Positions 37,069 to 45,743 of a stretch of DNA of 64,000 nt are shown here, piece by piece. Below the pieces are notes generated by a model that was not told the DNA's origin, ran no database searches, and saw only the letters and a list, made by a program, of their open reading frames with translations. The stretch spans positions 2,560,001-2,624,000 of the forward strand of contig OZ244065.1 in the NCBI GenBank assembly GCA_965215505.1. Reading direction: 5' to 3'. Numbering within the stretch: position 1 is the first letter of the stretch; every line of letters starts with the position of its first letter. Source of the DNA: Capsulimonadaceae bacterium. GTDB lineage: Bacteria > Armatimonadota > Armatimonadia > Armatimonadales > Capsulimonadaceae. Position numbers and translations under genes: made by a program.

Positions 37069-39507
37069 ATGGCTTGGAAATCTCCGTCACAGATCAAGAA
37101 ATTTTTGCAGGAATATGATAAGGCGGGGCGATTAGAACAATTATTCGCCTTGAGCGAGTTCGGGAAGTGGGCGATCTTCCCACTCGATTATGTCGCATCA
37201 CCTCGTTGGGTCGAGTTGGTTGAACTGACAGAAGCGGGGAAAAGCCTGCTCGCCCGAGATCCCGGAATATACGACGATGTCGCAATTGGCGACATATACT
37301 TCGCAATCTTTGGCCTCTTCTATGCCCAAGACATTCTGATTGATGTAGAGGGAAGCGACTTGGAAGGCATAAGGGCCGTTCTAGATGTAGAAGCCCTCAA
37401 AGGCCGGATCAGGTGGCCTTACAGATTTGGGCGTCTTCTCTATAATAAATACAATTCCCAGTTTCCGGAGGGGGAGATCGCTTTTCTTATTTCAGAGCAA
37501 ATTGCTGAGTTTCTGAATGATACTCCTCAAGGTGTCTATCAGATTGGAACGCTCCTATCAGGCCCACTCGGTTTTCTTACAAGCAGAGAGAACAGATTCA
37601 TTCCCCCATCGCTAGAAATGCCTTTATGGCACTGCTCTGACCCAGGATGCTCGCGGTTTCATACAGTGGGCTTTCTCCCACCAAACATAGCACCTGTTGT
37701 TGAAGCATATGCACGTCTGGATGAGGGCGCAAGAAAACTCGGCCCTCCCTCTCCATGGAGATCACAGTTGGCTCGTCTTGGTCGAAAGGATAAAGTAGTC
37801 GAGGCCGATGGTAGGCTTTATGCAGACCTCCCGGCTGTTCTTGGAGGAAACATCGTTGGAGTAGAACGGACGAAGCTATTGGCAAGGGTGCTAAAATCAG
37901 AGCATGCTTCTTGGCTTCGTCAAATCATTGGTGCGCCTCCGCGCCGAAAGCAACAGGCAGAGGGTATTGCCGAAGACGTTGCTTCTAAACTGAGTGAGGC
38001 AGAGCAAGTGCAATTGCTCCTCCTGTTGCCAGACAGTGATTTAGTTACTCAGATTGACCAAGCCATATTCAGCCGCGAAATACCCATCCCTCCTAACGAG
38101 GTAAGGAAATCGGATGCCACACAAGTTGTTTGGCGGAATGACCCTTCAAGTGAGGTTTCTTCATTAGGGATACGCGCAGCAAGGACGCGACCTTTGATCA
38201 CTTTGTTCTCCGTTGTTTGGGAGGCGTATCAGGCGCTCAACCTTGTCGATGAGTTGGATTGGAAGCTTCACAAAGGCCCAGAGAGGTCTTCTCGCGACGC
38301 TTTGGCTAGTTATGTCGAAGGCGCGGGTCCAGCGGCGGCTGTCCGCCAACTCATCATGTCTAGTAAGCCAATCAGCCTAAGGATCAGTGATGAGCTGGGG
38401 TTGGCATTAAATGAGCAGGACGATCCTGATGTATTAGCTGATAGGTTCCTATGGAAATTAGGGTTTAGTCCCTTCCGTTACGACACGGAGTACAGTGTTC
38501 TGCGCGCACGCATGAATCAGTTCCGGGAGACTTTGCTCCAGATAGGAGAAATCAAAAGTGAAGCGAGTCGTGAAGCGATTCGCAGCACCGGGGTAAACCT
38601 TTTTGTATCTGTTGAACATTTTCTAGAACATTTGATTGCCTTCAATATTTGGCTCCTTGTCTCGGACCATTTTCTCAAAACTCGCTTTGTTTACGAAGCA
38701 GAAGCGGCTGTCGCTTCAGTCAGCTCCGCTCTGGAACCAATCAACACCACAGAAGGGCAATCTATCCAGTGGAACAAGAACGGTGGTAACACACTTGGTG
38801 TACTCCTTGCCTATCTGAGCCAGGCTGTGAAGTGGATTGAGGCACTGCCCGAGCGGGAACGGCACCCTTTGGCAAGGGAAGAGCATGATATTCCTAGTTA
38901 CGCCAACAGTAGCGAGCGTGTCTTTCCACTGAAACACTATGAGATGTGGGCGGATAGCGACTCAAGAGAGTTATCGCTTTTTGCACACGGCTTCAAGACA
39001 GTAGCGAATCAGCTTTCCAGAGCCAATCTTGCATCCATAAGGAACGGCCTTGACCACCATCGTTCAGAGGATGCCTTTCCAACAGCGGAAGGCATGATTG
39101 CTTGTGTGACTTGGCTGAAAGACGGTTTGGACTATGCTGACCTACATCGCTACATCCCAAAAACGTTTTGGCTTCAGTCGCGCAGTGAGGATCAATTTGG
39201 AGGACGGCAATACATGTTGCAAGATTATTTAGACCGCCCACTAGCATTACGAGGACCATCGATATTGACTGGAGTGCCGCTCGCGACATTCAACAAGCCT
39301 CTAATAATCGCGCCTGGAAATCTTCTCGGCTTACCAAATGCAGAACTGAAGTTTCGTGTAGAAGATCGTAGCGCGTTCTCTAAATATTGGGAGGGTTTCC
39401 CACTTAGGCGTCAAGTAGAAAAGAAAGGTTCTGATCCAGACGAAAACCTGGATAACACGCCTCTAGTGAACGATGCGGAGGCAGGGGATTTGGTTCAACC
39501 TGTTTAG
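37069..39507 (+). CDS. 812-aa hypothetical protein with putative Zn site and C-terminal HEPN-like motifs
   Basis: Long low-GC ORF; HCSDPGCSRFH; NLFVSVEHFL...TLGVL...IRNGLDH (RxxxxH). Function inferred only. Confidence 0.8.
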   Translation: MAWKSPSQIKKFLQEYDKAGRLEQLFALSEFGKWAIFPLDYVASPRWVELVELTEAGKSLLARDPGIYDDVAIGDIYFAIFGLFYAQDILIDVEGSDLEGIRAVLDVEALKGRIRWPYRFGRLLYNKYNSQFPEGEIAFLISEQIAEFLNDTPQGVYQIGTLLSGPLGFLTSRENRFIPPSLEMPLWHCSDPGCSRFHTVGFLPPNIAPVVEAYARLDEGARKLGPPSPWRSQLARLGRKDKVVEADGRLYADLPAVLGGNIVGVERTKLLARVLKSEHASWLRQIIGAPPRRKQQAEGIAEDVASKLSEAEQVQLLLLLPDSDLVTQIDQAIFSREIPIPPNEVRKSDATQVVWRNDPSSEVSSLGIRAARTRPLITLFSVVWEAYQALNLVDELDWKLHKGPERSSRDALASYVEGAGPAAAVRQLIMSSKPISLRISDELGLALNEQDDPDVLADRFLWKLGFSPFRYDTEYSVLRARMNQFRETLLQIGEIKSEASREAIRSTGVNLFVSVEHFLEHLIAFNIWLLVSDHFLKTRFVYEAEAAVASVSSALEPINTTEGQSIQWNKNGGNTLGVLLAYLSQAVKWIEALPERERHPLAREEHDIPSYANSSERVFPLKHYEMWADSDSRELSLFAHGFKTVANQLSRANLASIRNGLDHHRSEDAFPTAEGMIACVTWLKDGLDYADLHRYIPKTFWLQSRSEDQFGGRQYMLQDYLDRPLALRGPSILTGVPLATFNKPLIIAPGNLLGLPNAELKFRVEDRSAFSKYWEGFPLRRQVEKKGSDPDENLDNTPLVNDAEAGDLVQPV

Positions 39508-39683
39508 CAGGGCGGTTCTTCGCAACATACCCGCAATGAAAGATCGTATGATGGTTTACTCACTGTTATCAATTTGTGCAAGCAGTTATAACTACGGATA
39601 AATCAGTGAGAGTGCCATACGCTCGCACCTGCCGACCTCGGCCCAGGGCGCGGGCGTGACGACGTGGCGGTGAGTTGATCCAC

Positions 39684-39714
39684 AAAGGGCGGGCCTTACG
39701 GCTCGCCCTTTTTT
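39684..39714 (+). terminator. Rho-independent terminator after the second copy of the reductase 3' end
   Basis: AAAGGGCGGGCC-TTAC-GGCTCGCCCTTT followed by a T run. Confidence 0.8.
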
Positions 39715-39743
39715 GTTGCCAGCCTTCGGGTAGAATACGCGCT

Positions 39744-40826
39744 ATGAAACTCGATAAGCTGACCATTCGCGGCTACAAGTCCATCAAAGAGTTGAAAGAC
39801 TTTGAGCTCCGCAACCTGAACGTACTCATCGGTGCAAATGGCGCGGGCAAGAGCAACCTCCTGAGCCTCTTCCGCTTGTTAAATGCGATAGCGGAAGGCA
39901 ATTTGCAGGTGTATATCCAAAAGCAAGGCGGGCCGGATGCGCTGCTGTTCGGCGGGCGCAAGCGCACAGCACAACTGGATGCTCTGTTCTACTTTGGTGA
40001 CAATGGGTATTGGATTAGGCTGGCTGCCACTGCCGATAACCGCCTTATCTTTGAGCGCGAAGAAACACTATTCAAAGGGAAGATGAACCAAGTGAGTTAT
40101 CCACCCCTGGCTGGCTATCCAGAGGCATGGCTGCTGAACAATCTCACACCCGAAAGCCAGTCTGTCCGTCCCCCTTTGCAGCGCTGGCGGCTGTATCACT
40201 TCCAAGATGCAAGCGACGCAGCGGCAGTCAAGCAGCCCCACCCGAGTAATGACAACCTGCGATTGAAACCCGACGCAGCTAACCTTGCGGCGTTCCTGGC
40301 AAGCCTCCGCGCGGGCTTCCCAAGCGAATACAGGCGAATCGTAGAAACCATCCGGCTGGCTGCGCCGTTCTTCGGCGATTTCGTGATCCGCGACCCGCTG
40401 CCGCCGACTGTGGAACTGGAATGGACCGAGCGTGGAGACCCGGACACCCCCTACCGCGCCCATGTGCTGTCCGACGGCACCCTGCGCTTTATCTGCCTGA
40501 CGACCCTGCTGCTCCAGCCCCTCGCCCTGCGCCCCGACACGATCCTCATAGATGAGCCGGAGCTGGGACTGCACCCTTACGCCATCAACCTGCTGGCCGA
40601 GATGCTGAAACAAGCCTCCGCCGACAAACAGGTCATCGTCTCCACGCAGTCCGTCGAACTGCTCAACAACTTCACGCCCGAAGACGTGATCGTGGCGGAC
40701 CGTGAGGACGGCGCTTCTGTCTTCAAGCGGTTGGATGCGGATGAGTTAAAAGACTGGCTGGAAGACTACACCCTGGGCGAGTTGTGGAAGAAGAACATTC
40801 TGGGCGGGAGGCCGACGCGCACATGA
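39744..40826 (+). CDS. AAA_21/ABC-type ATPase
   Basis: Walker A GANGAGKS, signature LSDGT, Walker B ILIDEPELGLHP, STQS. ATG at 39744 is 7 nt after TAGAAT. Confidence 0.9.
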   Translation: MKLDKLTIRGYKSIKELKDFELRNLNVLIGANGAGKSNLLSLFRLLNAIAEGNLQVYIQKQGGPDALLFGGRKRTAQLDALFYFGDNGYWIRLAATADNRLIFEREETLFKGKMNQVSYPPLAGYPEAWLLNNLTPESQSVRPPLQRWRLYHFQDASDAAAVKQPHPSNDNLRLKPDAANLAAFLASLRAGFPSEYRRIVETIRLAAPFFGDFVIRDPLPPTVELEWTERGDPDTPYRAHVLSDGTLRFICLTTLLLQPLALRPDTILIDEPELGLHPYAINLLAEMLKQASADKQVIVSTQSVELLNNFTPEDVIVADREDGASVFKRLDADELKDWLEDYTLGELWKKNILGGRPTRT

Positions 40827-41527
40827 ACGCCCCCATGCGCCTGGTGTTCGTGGTGTGCGAGGGGCAGACCGAAGAAACATTCGTGCGCGACGTGCTGGCA
40901 CCCGCGTTTTATCCTCAGCTTAACCTTATCGGGCAGATCATCGAGACTTCGCCGGGTCATAAGGGCGGCGGCCTCTCGTATCAGCGGGTGCTGAGGCATC
41001 TGCGGGACACGCTCCGCCAGTCGAGCGCGCCGTTCGTGACCACGCTGTTTGATCTATACCAATTGGACACCGACTTTCCTGGTCACCGCGAGGCGACGGG
41101 AAAACCTCTAGAGCAACGGCTCAACCTTCTGAACGCCAGCCTCCATAGAGCTGTCGTTGCTGCCACAGGCTGTCAGCCCGACCGCTTCCTGCCCTACATC
41201 CAGCCTTACGAGTTTGAAGCCTTGCTGTTCAGTGATGTGGCGGCTTTGACCGGCCTGAACGACACTTGGGCGGGCGCAGAGGCGAAGCTGCAAGCCATCC
41301 GAGACAGTGCCGAGACGCCGGAGCATATTGATGACGGACCGACCACGAAACCTGCGGCCCATCTAGAGCGGCATCTGACACAACCGAACTACAGCAAGAG
41401 GCTGGATGGGCCGAGGGCTATATCAAGGATCGGCCTCGCCAAGATCGAGCAGGAGTGCCGCTACTTTGCCGCGTGGCTCGCCTCGTTGCGTGAACTCGCC
41501 GCTCTGGAAGCGGCTGGGATGGACTGA
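40823..41527 (+). CDS. DUF4276-family TOPRIM-like protein
   Basis: VVCEGQTEETFV, TTLFDLY, YEFEALLFSD, PEHIDDGP..KP; ATGA overlap with the ATPase. Confidence 0.82.
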   Translation: MNAPMRLVFVVCEGQTEETFVRDVLAPAFYPQLNLIGQIIETSPGHKGGGLSYQRVLRHLRDTLRQSSAPFVTTLFDLYQLDTDFPGHREATGKPLEQRLNLLNASLHRAVVAATGCQPDRFLPYIQPYEFEALLFSDVAALTGLNDTWAGAEAKLQAIRDSAETPEHIDDGPTTKPAAHLERHLTQPNYSKRLDGPRAISRIGLAKIEQECRYFAAWLASLRELAALEAAGMD

Positions 41528-41560
41528 GACGCTTTACGCAACAGGCACACCAACCCAGGG

Positions 41561-41588
41561 AGGCCGCCGGGGGTGTCCCCGGCGGCCT
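41561..41588. terminator. Hairpin between convergent genes, near-copy of the 36809 hairpin
   Basis: AGGCCGCCGGGG-GTGT-CCCCGGCGGCCT. Confidence 0.7.
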
Positions 41589-41601
41589 TTGTCATGCGAC
41601 C

Positions 41602-42105
41602 CTACCGCAAGTCTTGGAGTGCCGCTGCGCCGTCGCTCATCCGCCCACGATAGCTGCCCAGGCTTTGCGGGTAGTGAACGGGCAAGATCGTCCCCAGGAA
41701 CTGGAAGAGGTTCGCCAGGGAGAACAGCAGGCAGAGCATCCGCAGCGGCGGGCGCAGACGTACCCTGCGGCGGAACACGATCCCGAACGACAGCGCCAGC
41801 AGGAGCGAGACACACGGCCCCGCCAGATTGATCAGCGCCCGCCGCTGACGGCTCACGCCACGCCGGTCGTAGTCGGAGAACCCGTAAATGGCCGGCAGCG
41901 GTGCCAGGTGTATGTGGAGCCTGCCCACGGAGAAATCGAGTCCCCTTTGCCCGAACCCGGTGTTCAGCGTCACGTTCCCGCGCGTCGTGAGCAGAGCCAT
42001 CGCCGCGTGGCCGCCCTCGTGCAGCGTGGTATCCAGGGGAAACACGAGAAGCAGGAGTGCGAGTAAGATGAGGGCAAAGCGAGCTGCGAAGCGGACTGGT
42101 TTCAT
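41602..42105 (-). CDS. M50 (site-2-protease-like) membrane metallopeptidase
   Basis: HEGGH in a TM helix, LAGP, SDG. Confidence 0.75.
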   Translation of the reverse strand: MKPVRFAARFALILLALLLLVFPLDTTLHEGGHAAMALLTTRGNVTLNTGFGQRGLDFSVGRLHIHLAPLPAIYGFSDYDRRGVSRQRRALINLAGPCVSLLLALSFGIVFRRRVRLRPPLRMLCLLFSLANLFQFLGTILPVHYPQSLGSYRGRMSDGAAALQDLR

Positions 42106-42187
42106 GGACCAAGCGAGGAGGATACTGACTTCAGGCAGCAGTGGACCTGCCTCCTGTTTGCCGCAGTCTCCCCTCAGACCTCCCGTT

Positions 42188-43462
42188 TTAGTGAACGGCT
42201 GAAGTAGACGGCTGACGTTCAGCCAGCGCTTCCCGGAGCGCCGGGCAAAGCAGTGGCGGGTCGGATTGACGGATCACGATCTCCGGCGTGCCGTGCCACC
42301 GCGCCAGCGGAGCCAGCACCCCCGCAAGTCCATGAACCAGTGCTTCGGTCATGGGTGTGGCCTCCTCAAGATGAATTGACTTGACCTCAAACAACCCCTC
42401 GCGCCGATGCGCTTTCGCGTCCAGGCGTCCGACAAGGCCGCCCCGGTGCAGGATGGGAAGGCTGAAGTATCCATGGCGACGATGCGCGGCGGGCGTATAG
42501 ATTTCGATCCGGTAGGCGAAGCCGAACAGTGACAAGGCGCGCGCACGGTCAGACACAATGGGGTCGAACGGGGACAGCAGCGTTGTCACTGTGGAGCGAA
42601 GCGCCCCGGCGGTGGCCTGCTCCAACAAAGCCCGATTATCCCGGTGGACATAGACCGGCCCAGGCAAACCCTCCACCGCGACGGTAAAAACTTCGCCTGT
42701 ACGGGAGGCTTCTTCCAGCGTGGCCCGGATGTCCCGTGCGGACGTCCGGGAGCGCAGGAAGTCGGGGAAGTAGGGCGACAGCCAGACATCCCGTGCGAGG
42801 CCAAGCGCGCGGACGGCTTTGAGGACCAGTGCCTTCTGCCCTTCCTCCCGCGCAAGAGCGTGGGCGTCATCCCAGCCAGGCAGCACTCGTTCGCGCAGGT
42901 CGTACACGCGCTGGAACCCTTCCCGGCGGGCGATCATCAGGGCGCCCGCATTGAACAGGTGTTCCAGCGCGGCTTTCTCCGGCTTCCAATCAAACCAGGC
43001 CCGCGCCCTCTTGTCGGTCCTCTCGAAGTCTGCGGAACGGACAGCCCCCTTCTCCCGGATACGTTCGAGTACGCTCTGGGTCGCGGCTTCCTGTTCCGCA
43101 TCACGGCCGTTCAGGTAAGCGTCGCCGCCCGCATAGTCCAGCATCCGACGCCGGTAGATGCCGAAGTCTTCGATGGGCAGGAAGCAGGCAGCGTGCGACC
43201 AATACTCAAACAGCGCGCCTTCCGCCAGCAGCTCGTCCAGCCAGCGCGGTTCGTAGTCCCCGACACGGCTCCACAGCACCAGATAAGGACTGCGGGCGAC
43301 TACACTGATGGTGTCGATTTGCAGCAGGCCCATCCGCCGGATGGCCGTCAGGCAGTCCTGCTTCTGAGCCGGGGCAGAGGGGCGTCCCTCGACCGCCTTG
43401 ATTCCTTGTGCCGCAAGCAGGAGTTCTCGCGCGGCTGTCAAGGAAAGTGACACTTCCTTCAA
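42188..43462 (-). CDS. ycaQ: YcaQ/AlkZ (HTH_42) family DNA glycosylase
   Basis: LQIDTISVVARSPYLVLWSR, FEYWSH, LLSPFDP, YRIEIYTP, GRLDAK. Confidence 0.88.
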   Translation of the reverse strand: MKEVSLSLTAARELLLAAQGIKAVEGRPSAPAQKQDCLTAIRRMGLLQIDTISVVARSPYLVLWSRVGDYEPRWLDELLAEGALFEYWSHAACFLPIEDFGIYRRRMLDYAGGDAYLNGRDAEQEAATQSVLERIREKGAVRSADFERTDKRARAWFDWKPEKAALEHLFNAGALMIARREGFQRVYDLRERVLPGWDDAHALAREEGQKALVLKAVRALGLARDVWLSPYFPDFLRSRTSARDIRATLEEASRTGEVFTVAVEGLPGPVYVHRDNRALLEQATAGALRSTVTTLLSPFDPIVSDRARALSLFGFAYRIEIYTPAAHRRHGYFSLPILHRGGLVGRLDAKAHRREGLFEVKSIHLEEATPMTEALVHGLAGVLAPLARWHGTPEIVIRQSDPPLLCPALREALAERQPSTSAVH

Positions 43463-43706
43463 TACGGCCTTCCTTCTGAGCGGCTCGCTCTATTGGCTTG
43501 ATTGTTCCACGCCCCACGTCCCGGTTCCTTCCCCGCCTGCTACGCCGGACGCCTGCATGGCGGCAGAAAGCCATCCGCGTCTTTTTTCACAAACGCCGCC
43601 GCCCGAGCAGGATTCCTTCCTCCCCGCCTTGAACTGACCCGCGCGATATGGTACAATGCTGGAAACAACACGGCTCTCGCGCATAGCAAGGACGGGCCTC
43701 CCCCTT

Positions 43707-45671
43707 ATGGCTGAAGAAAAGCAGACACCCTACCGGGTCAAAGTCCCGGACATCGACTACTGGCGCGGCAAGATCGGCTGCCAGACCGGCTGCCCCGTCA
43801 AGACCGACGCGCGCGGCTACGTCATCGCCATCGCCGAGGGGCGCTACAACGACGCCTACGCCATCGCGCGCGCCCCGAACCCCTTCGCCTCCATGTGCGG
43901 GCGCATCTGCGGCGCCCCCTGCGAGGTCAAATGTACGCGCGGCAACATCGGGACGGACACGTCCGGCCCGGTCGCCATCCGCGCCCTGAAGCGATTCGCG
44001 ACCGAGCAATACGGCGTCGAGAACCTGCACGACCTGCACAAGTCTCTGGAGTACTCTAACGCGCGCGGCTCGGCCTACCCCATCCTGGACAAAGAGAAGA
44101 TCGCGGTCGTCGGCGCGGGTGTGGCCGGCATGACGGCGGCCCACGACCTGGCCCGGCTGGGCTACCGCGTGACGGTCTTCGAGGAACTGCCCGTGCCGGG
44201 CGGGCAGATGGCGACCGGCGTCCCCATCTACCGGCTGTCGCGCGAGCTGATGAACCTCGAAAATGCGGCCATCTGCGAGCTGGGAGTGGACCTGCGGCTG
44301 GGCGTCTCGGTCGGCAAGGATGTCACCATCCCGCAGCTGCGCGAGGAGGGCTACAAGGCCTTCATCATTGCGGCGGGCTTCATGCTGGGGCGGCCATTGA
44401 CCATCCCCGGCGCGGACAAGAAGGGCGTCCACATCGGCGTGGACCTGCTGCGTGAGGTCAACCTCGGCCACGAGTACCATGTCGGCGAGAAGTGCGTCGT
44501 CATCGGCGGCGGCAACGTCGCCATGGACGTGGTCCGTATGACCGTCCGGACGCCGGTCGTGCCGGGCCTGTCCAACCTGGCGAAGCCCAAGAATTACGCC
44601 ATGACCGACATCGCCCGGACACTGGCGCTGACCGCCAAGTCCATTGACTGCATCTTCGGCGAGTCGCGCGCCCAGATGAACGCCGACGAGTACGAGATCG
44701 AAGAGGCCGTGCTGGAAGGCGTCAAGCTCTGGCCGAAGCGCCTGCCGGTCGAGATCTTGGGTGAGGAGAGCGTCACCGGCGTCAAGACCAAGAAAGTCTC
44801 GTCGCTGATCGACGCCCAGGGCCGGTTCAACCCGCAGTACATTGACGGCAGCGAAGAGGTCTTCGACTGCGACTCGGTGATCGTCTCCATCGGCCAGATG
44901 GTCAACTGGAACTTCCTCACCGGCGTCGAGGACCTGAAGCGGACGCCGCGCGGGACGGTCGAGGTGGACCCGGAAACGCTGCAATCTACGTCCCACCCGG
45001 ACATCTTCGCGGTCGGCGACATCGCCCTGGGCGCGCGGCTGTTCATCGACGGCATCGCGTCCGCCCAGAAGTGCGCGGTGGGCGTGGACGAGCATTTGTC
45101 GGGCGTCACGCAGAAGCTGGTCAAGCGCGGCTACATGCGCGCCCTGCCCATCGTCAACTACTCCATGCCGACGAAGTACGACAACTTCATCCGGCAGGAG
45201 CCGCCGGAGCGCGAGATCACCAACCGCTCGGCGGGCTTCGACCTCGTGGAGTTCAACTACACCGAGAAGGCCGCGCGGGAACAAGGCATGCGCTGTTTGC
45301 GTTGTCATGTTAACGTGGTCTTCGACGCCGAGAAGTGCATCCTCTGCGGCCTGTGCATCAACATCTGCCCCGAGAGCATCCTGAAGATGGTCCCGGTGAC
45401 CGATGTGGTGGGCGACGAGGAGGTGGCCCGGCTGATCGAGGCCAAGTACGGGGTCCCGCAGGAAGAGCTGCGGCCCGATGACGGCACCATCATGCTGATG
45501 GATGGGACGAAGTGCATCCGGTGCGCTTTGTGTGCCAAGATCTGCCCGATGGACTGCATCTCGATGGAGGCCTTCGAGTACGAGGAGGAGCTGGTCCCGG
45601 TCAGCACCCCCACCCGGACGGTGACGCCGCCCGAGCCGTCCCTGATCGGCTACAAGTCCGTCGGGGTATAA
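43707..45671 (+). CDS. GltD/DsrL-like FAD/NAD(P)H oxidoreductase with C-terminal 2x[4Fe-4S] ferredoxin
   Basis: CQTGCP, CGRICGAPCEVKC, GAGVAG, GGGNVA, RCLRC, CILCGLCINICP, CIRCALCAKICP. Promoter TTGAAC-N17-TACAAT at 43629-43657 supports the 43707 start. Confidence 0.88.
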   Translation: MAEEKQTPYRVKVPDIDYWRGKIGCQTGCPVKTDARGYVIAIAEGRYNDAYAIARAPNPFASMCGRICGAPCEVKCTRGNIGTDTSGPVAIRALKRFATEQYGVENLHDLHKSLEYSNARGSAYPILDKEKIAVVGAGVAGMTAAHDLARLGYRVTVFEELPVPGGQMATGVPIYRLSRELMNLENAAICELGVDLRLGVSVGKDVTIPQLREEGYKAFIIAAGFMLGRPLTIPGADKKGVHIGVDLLREVNLGHEYHVGEKCVVIGGGNVAMDVVRMTVRTPVVPGLSNLAKPKNYAMTDIARTLALTAKSIDCIFGESRAQMNADEYEIEEAVLEGVKLWPKRLPVEILGEESVTGVKTKKVSSLIDAQGRFNPQYIDGSEEVFDCDSVIVSIGQMVNWNFLTGVEDLKRTPRGTVEVDPETLQSTSHPDIFAVGDIALGARLFIDGIASAQKCAVGVDEHLSGVTQKLVKRGYMRALPIVNYSMPTKYDNFIRQEPPEREITNRSAGFDLVEFNYTEKAAREQGMRCLRCHVNVVFDAEKCILCGLCINICPESILKMVPVTDVVGDEEVARLIEAKYGVPQEELRPDDGTIMLMDGTKCIRCALCAKICPMDCISMEAFEYEEELVPVSTPTRTVTPPEPSLIGYKSVGV

Positions 45672-45743
45672 CACATGGGACGCCGCTCCCATTCAACCGC
45701 ATCATCACCAGCGGGCCTTGAACCCGCACAGGAGAATTAGAAA

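Larger units (their letters stand above)
36747..39673. mobile_element. Integrase-less island bounded by duplicated 3' ends of the reductase gene
   Basis: 47-bp direct repeats at 36747-36793 and 39627-39673 (41/47 identical); interior visibly lower in GC. Confidence 0.75.

Noticed and set aside
36843-37135. Small ORFs upstream of the 812-aa gene as antitoxin or partner
   Set aside because: They overlap the promoter or the main ORF, have no clear RBS, and show no recognisable motif.
39507-39744. Retron msr-msd or integron attC assignment for the structured spacer
   Set aside because: No reverse transcriptase or integron integrase in the window, and no clear RYYYAAC/GTTRRRY box pair bounding the stem; kept only as an unassigned hairpin.
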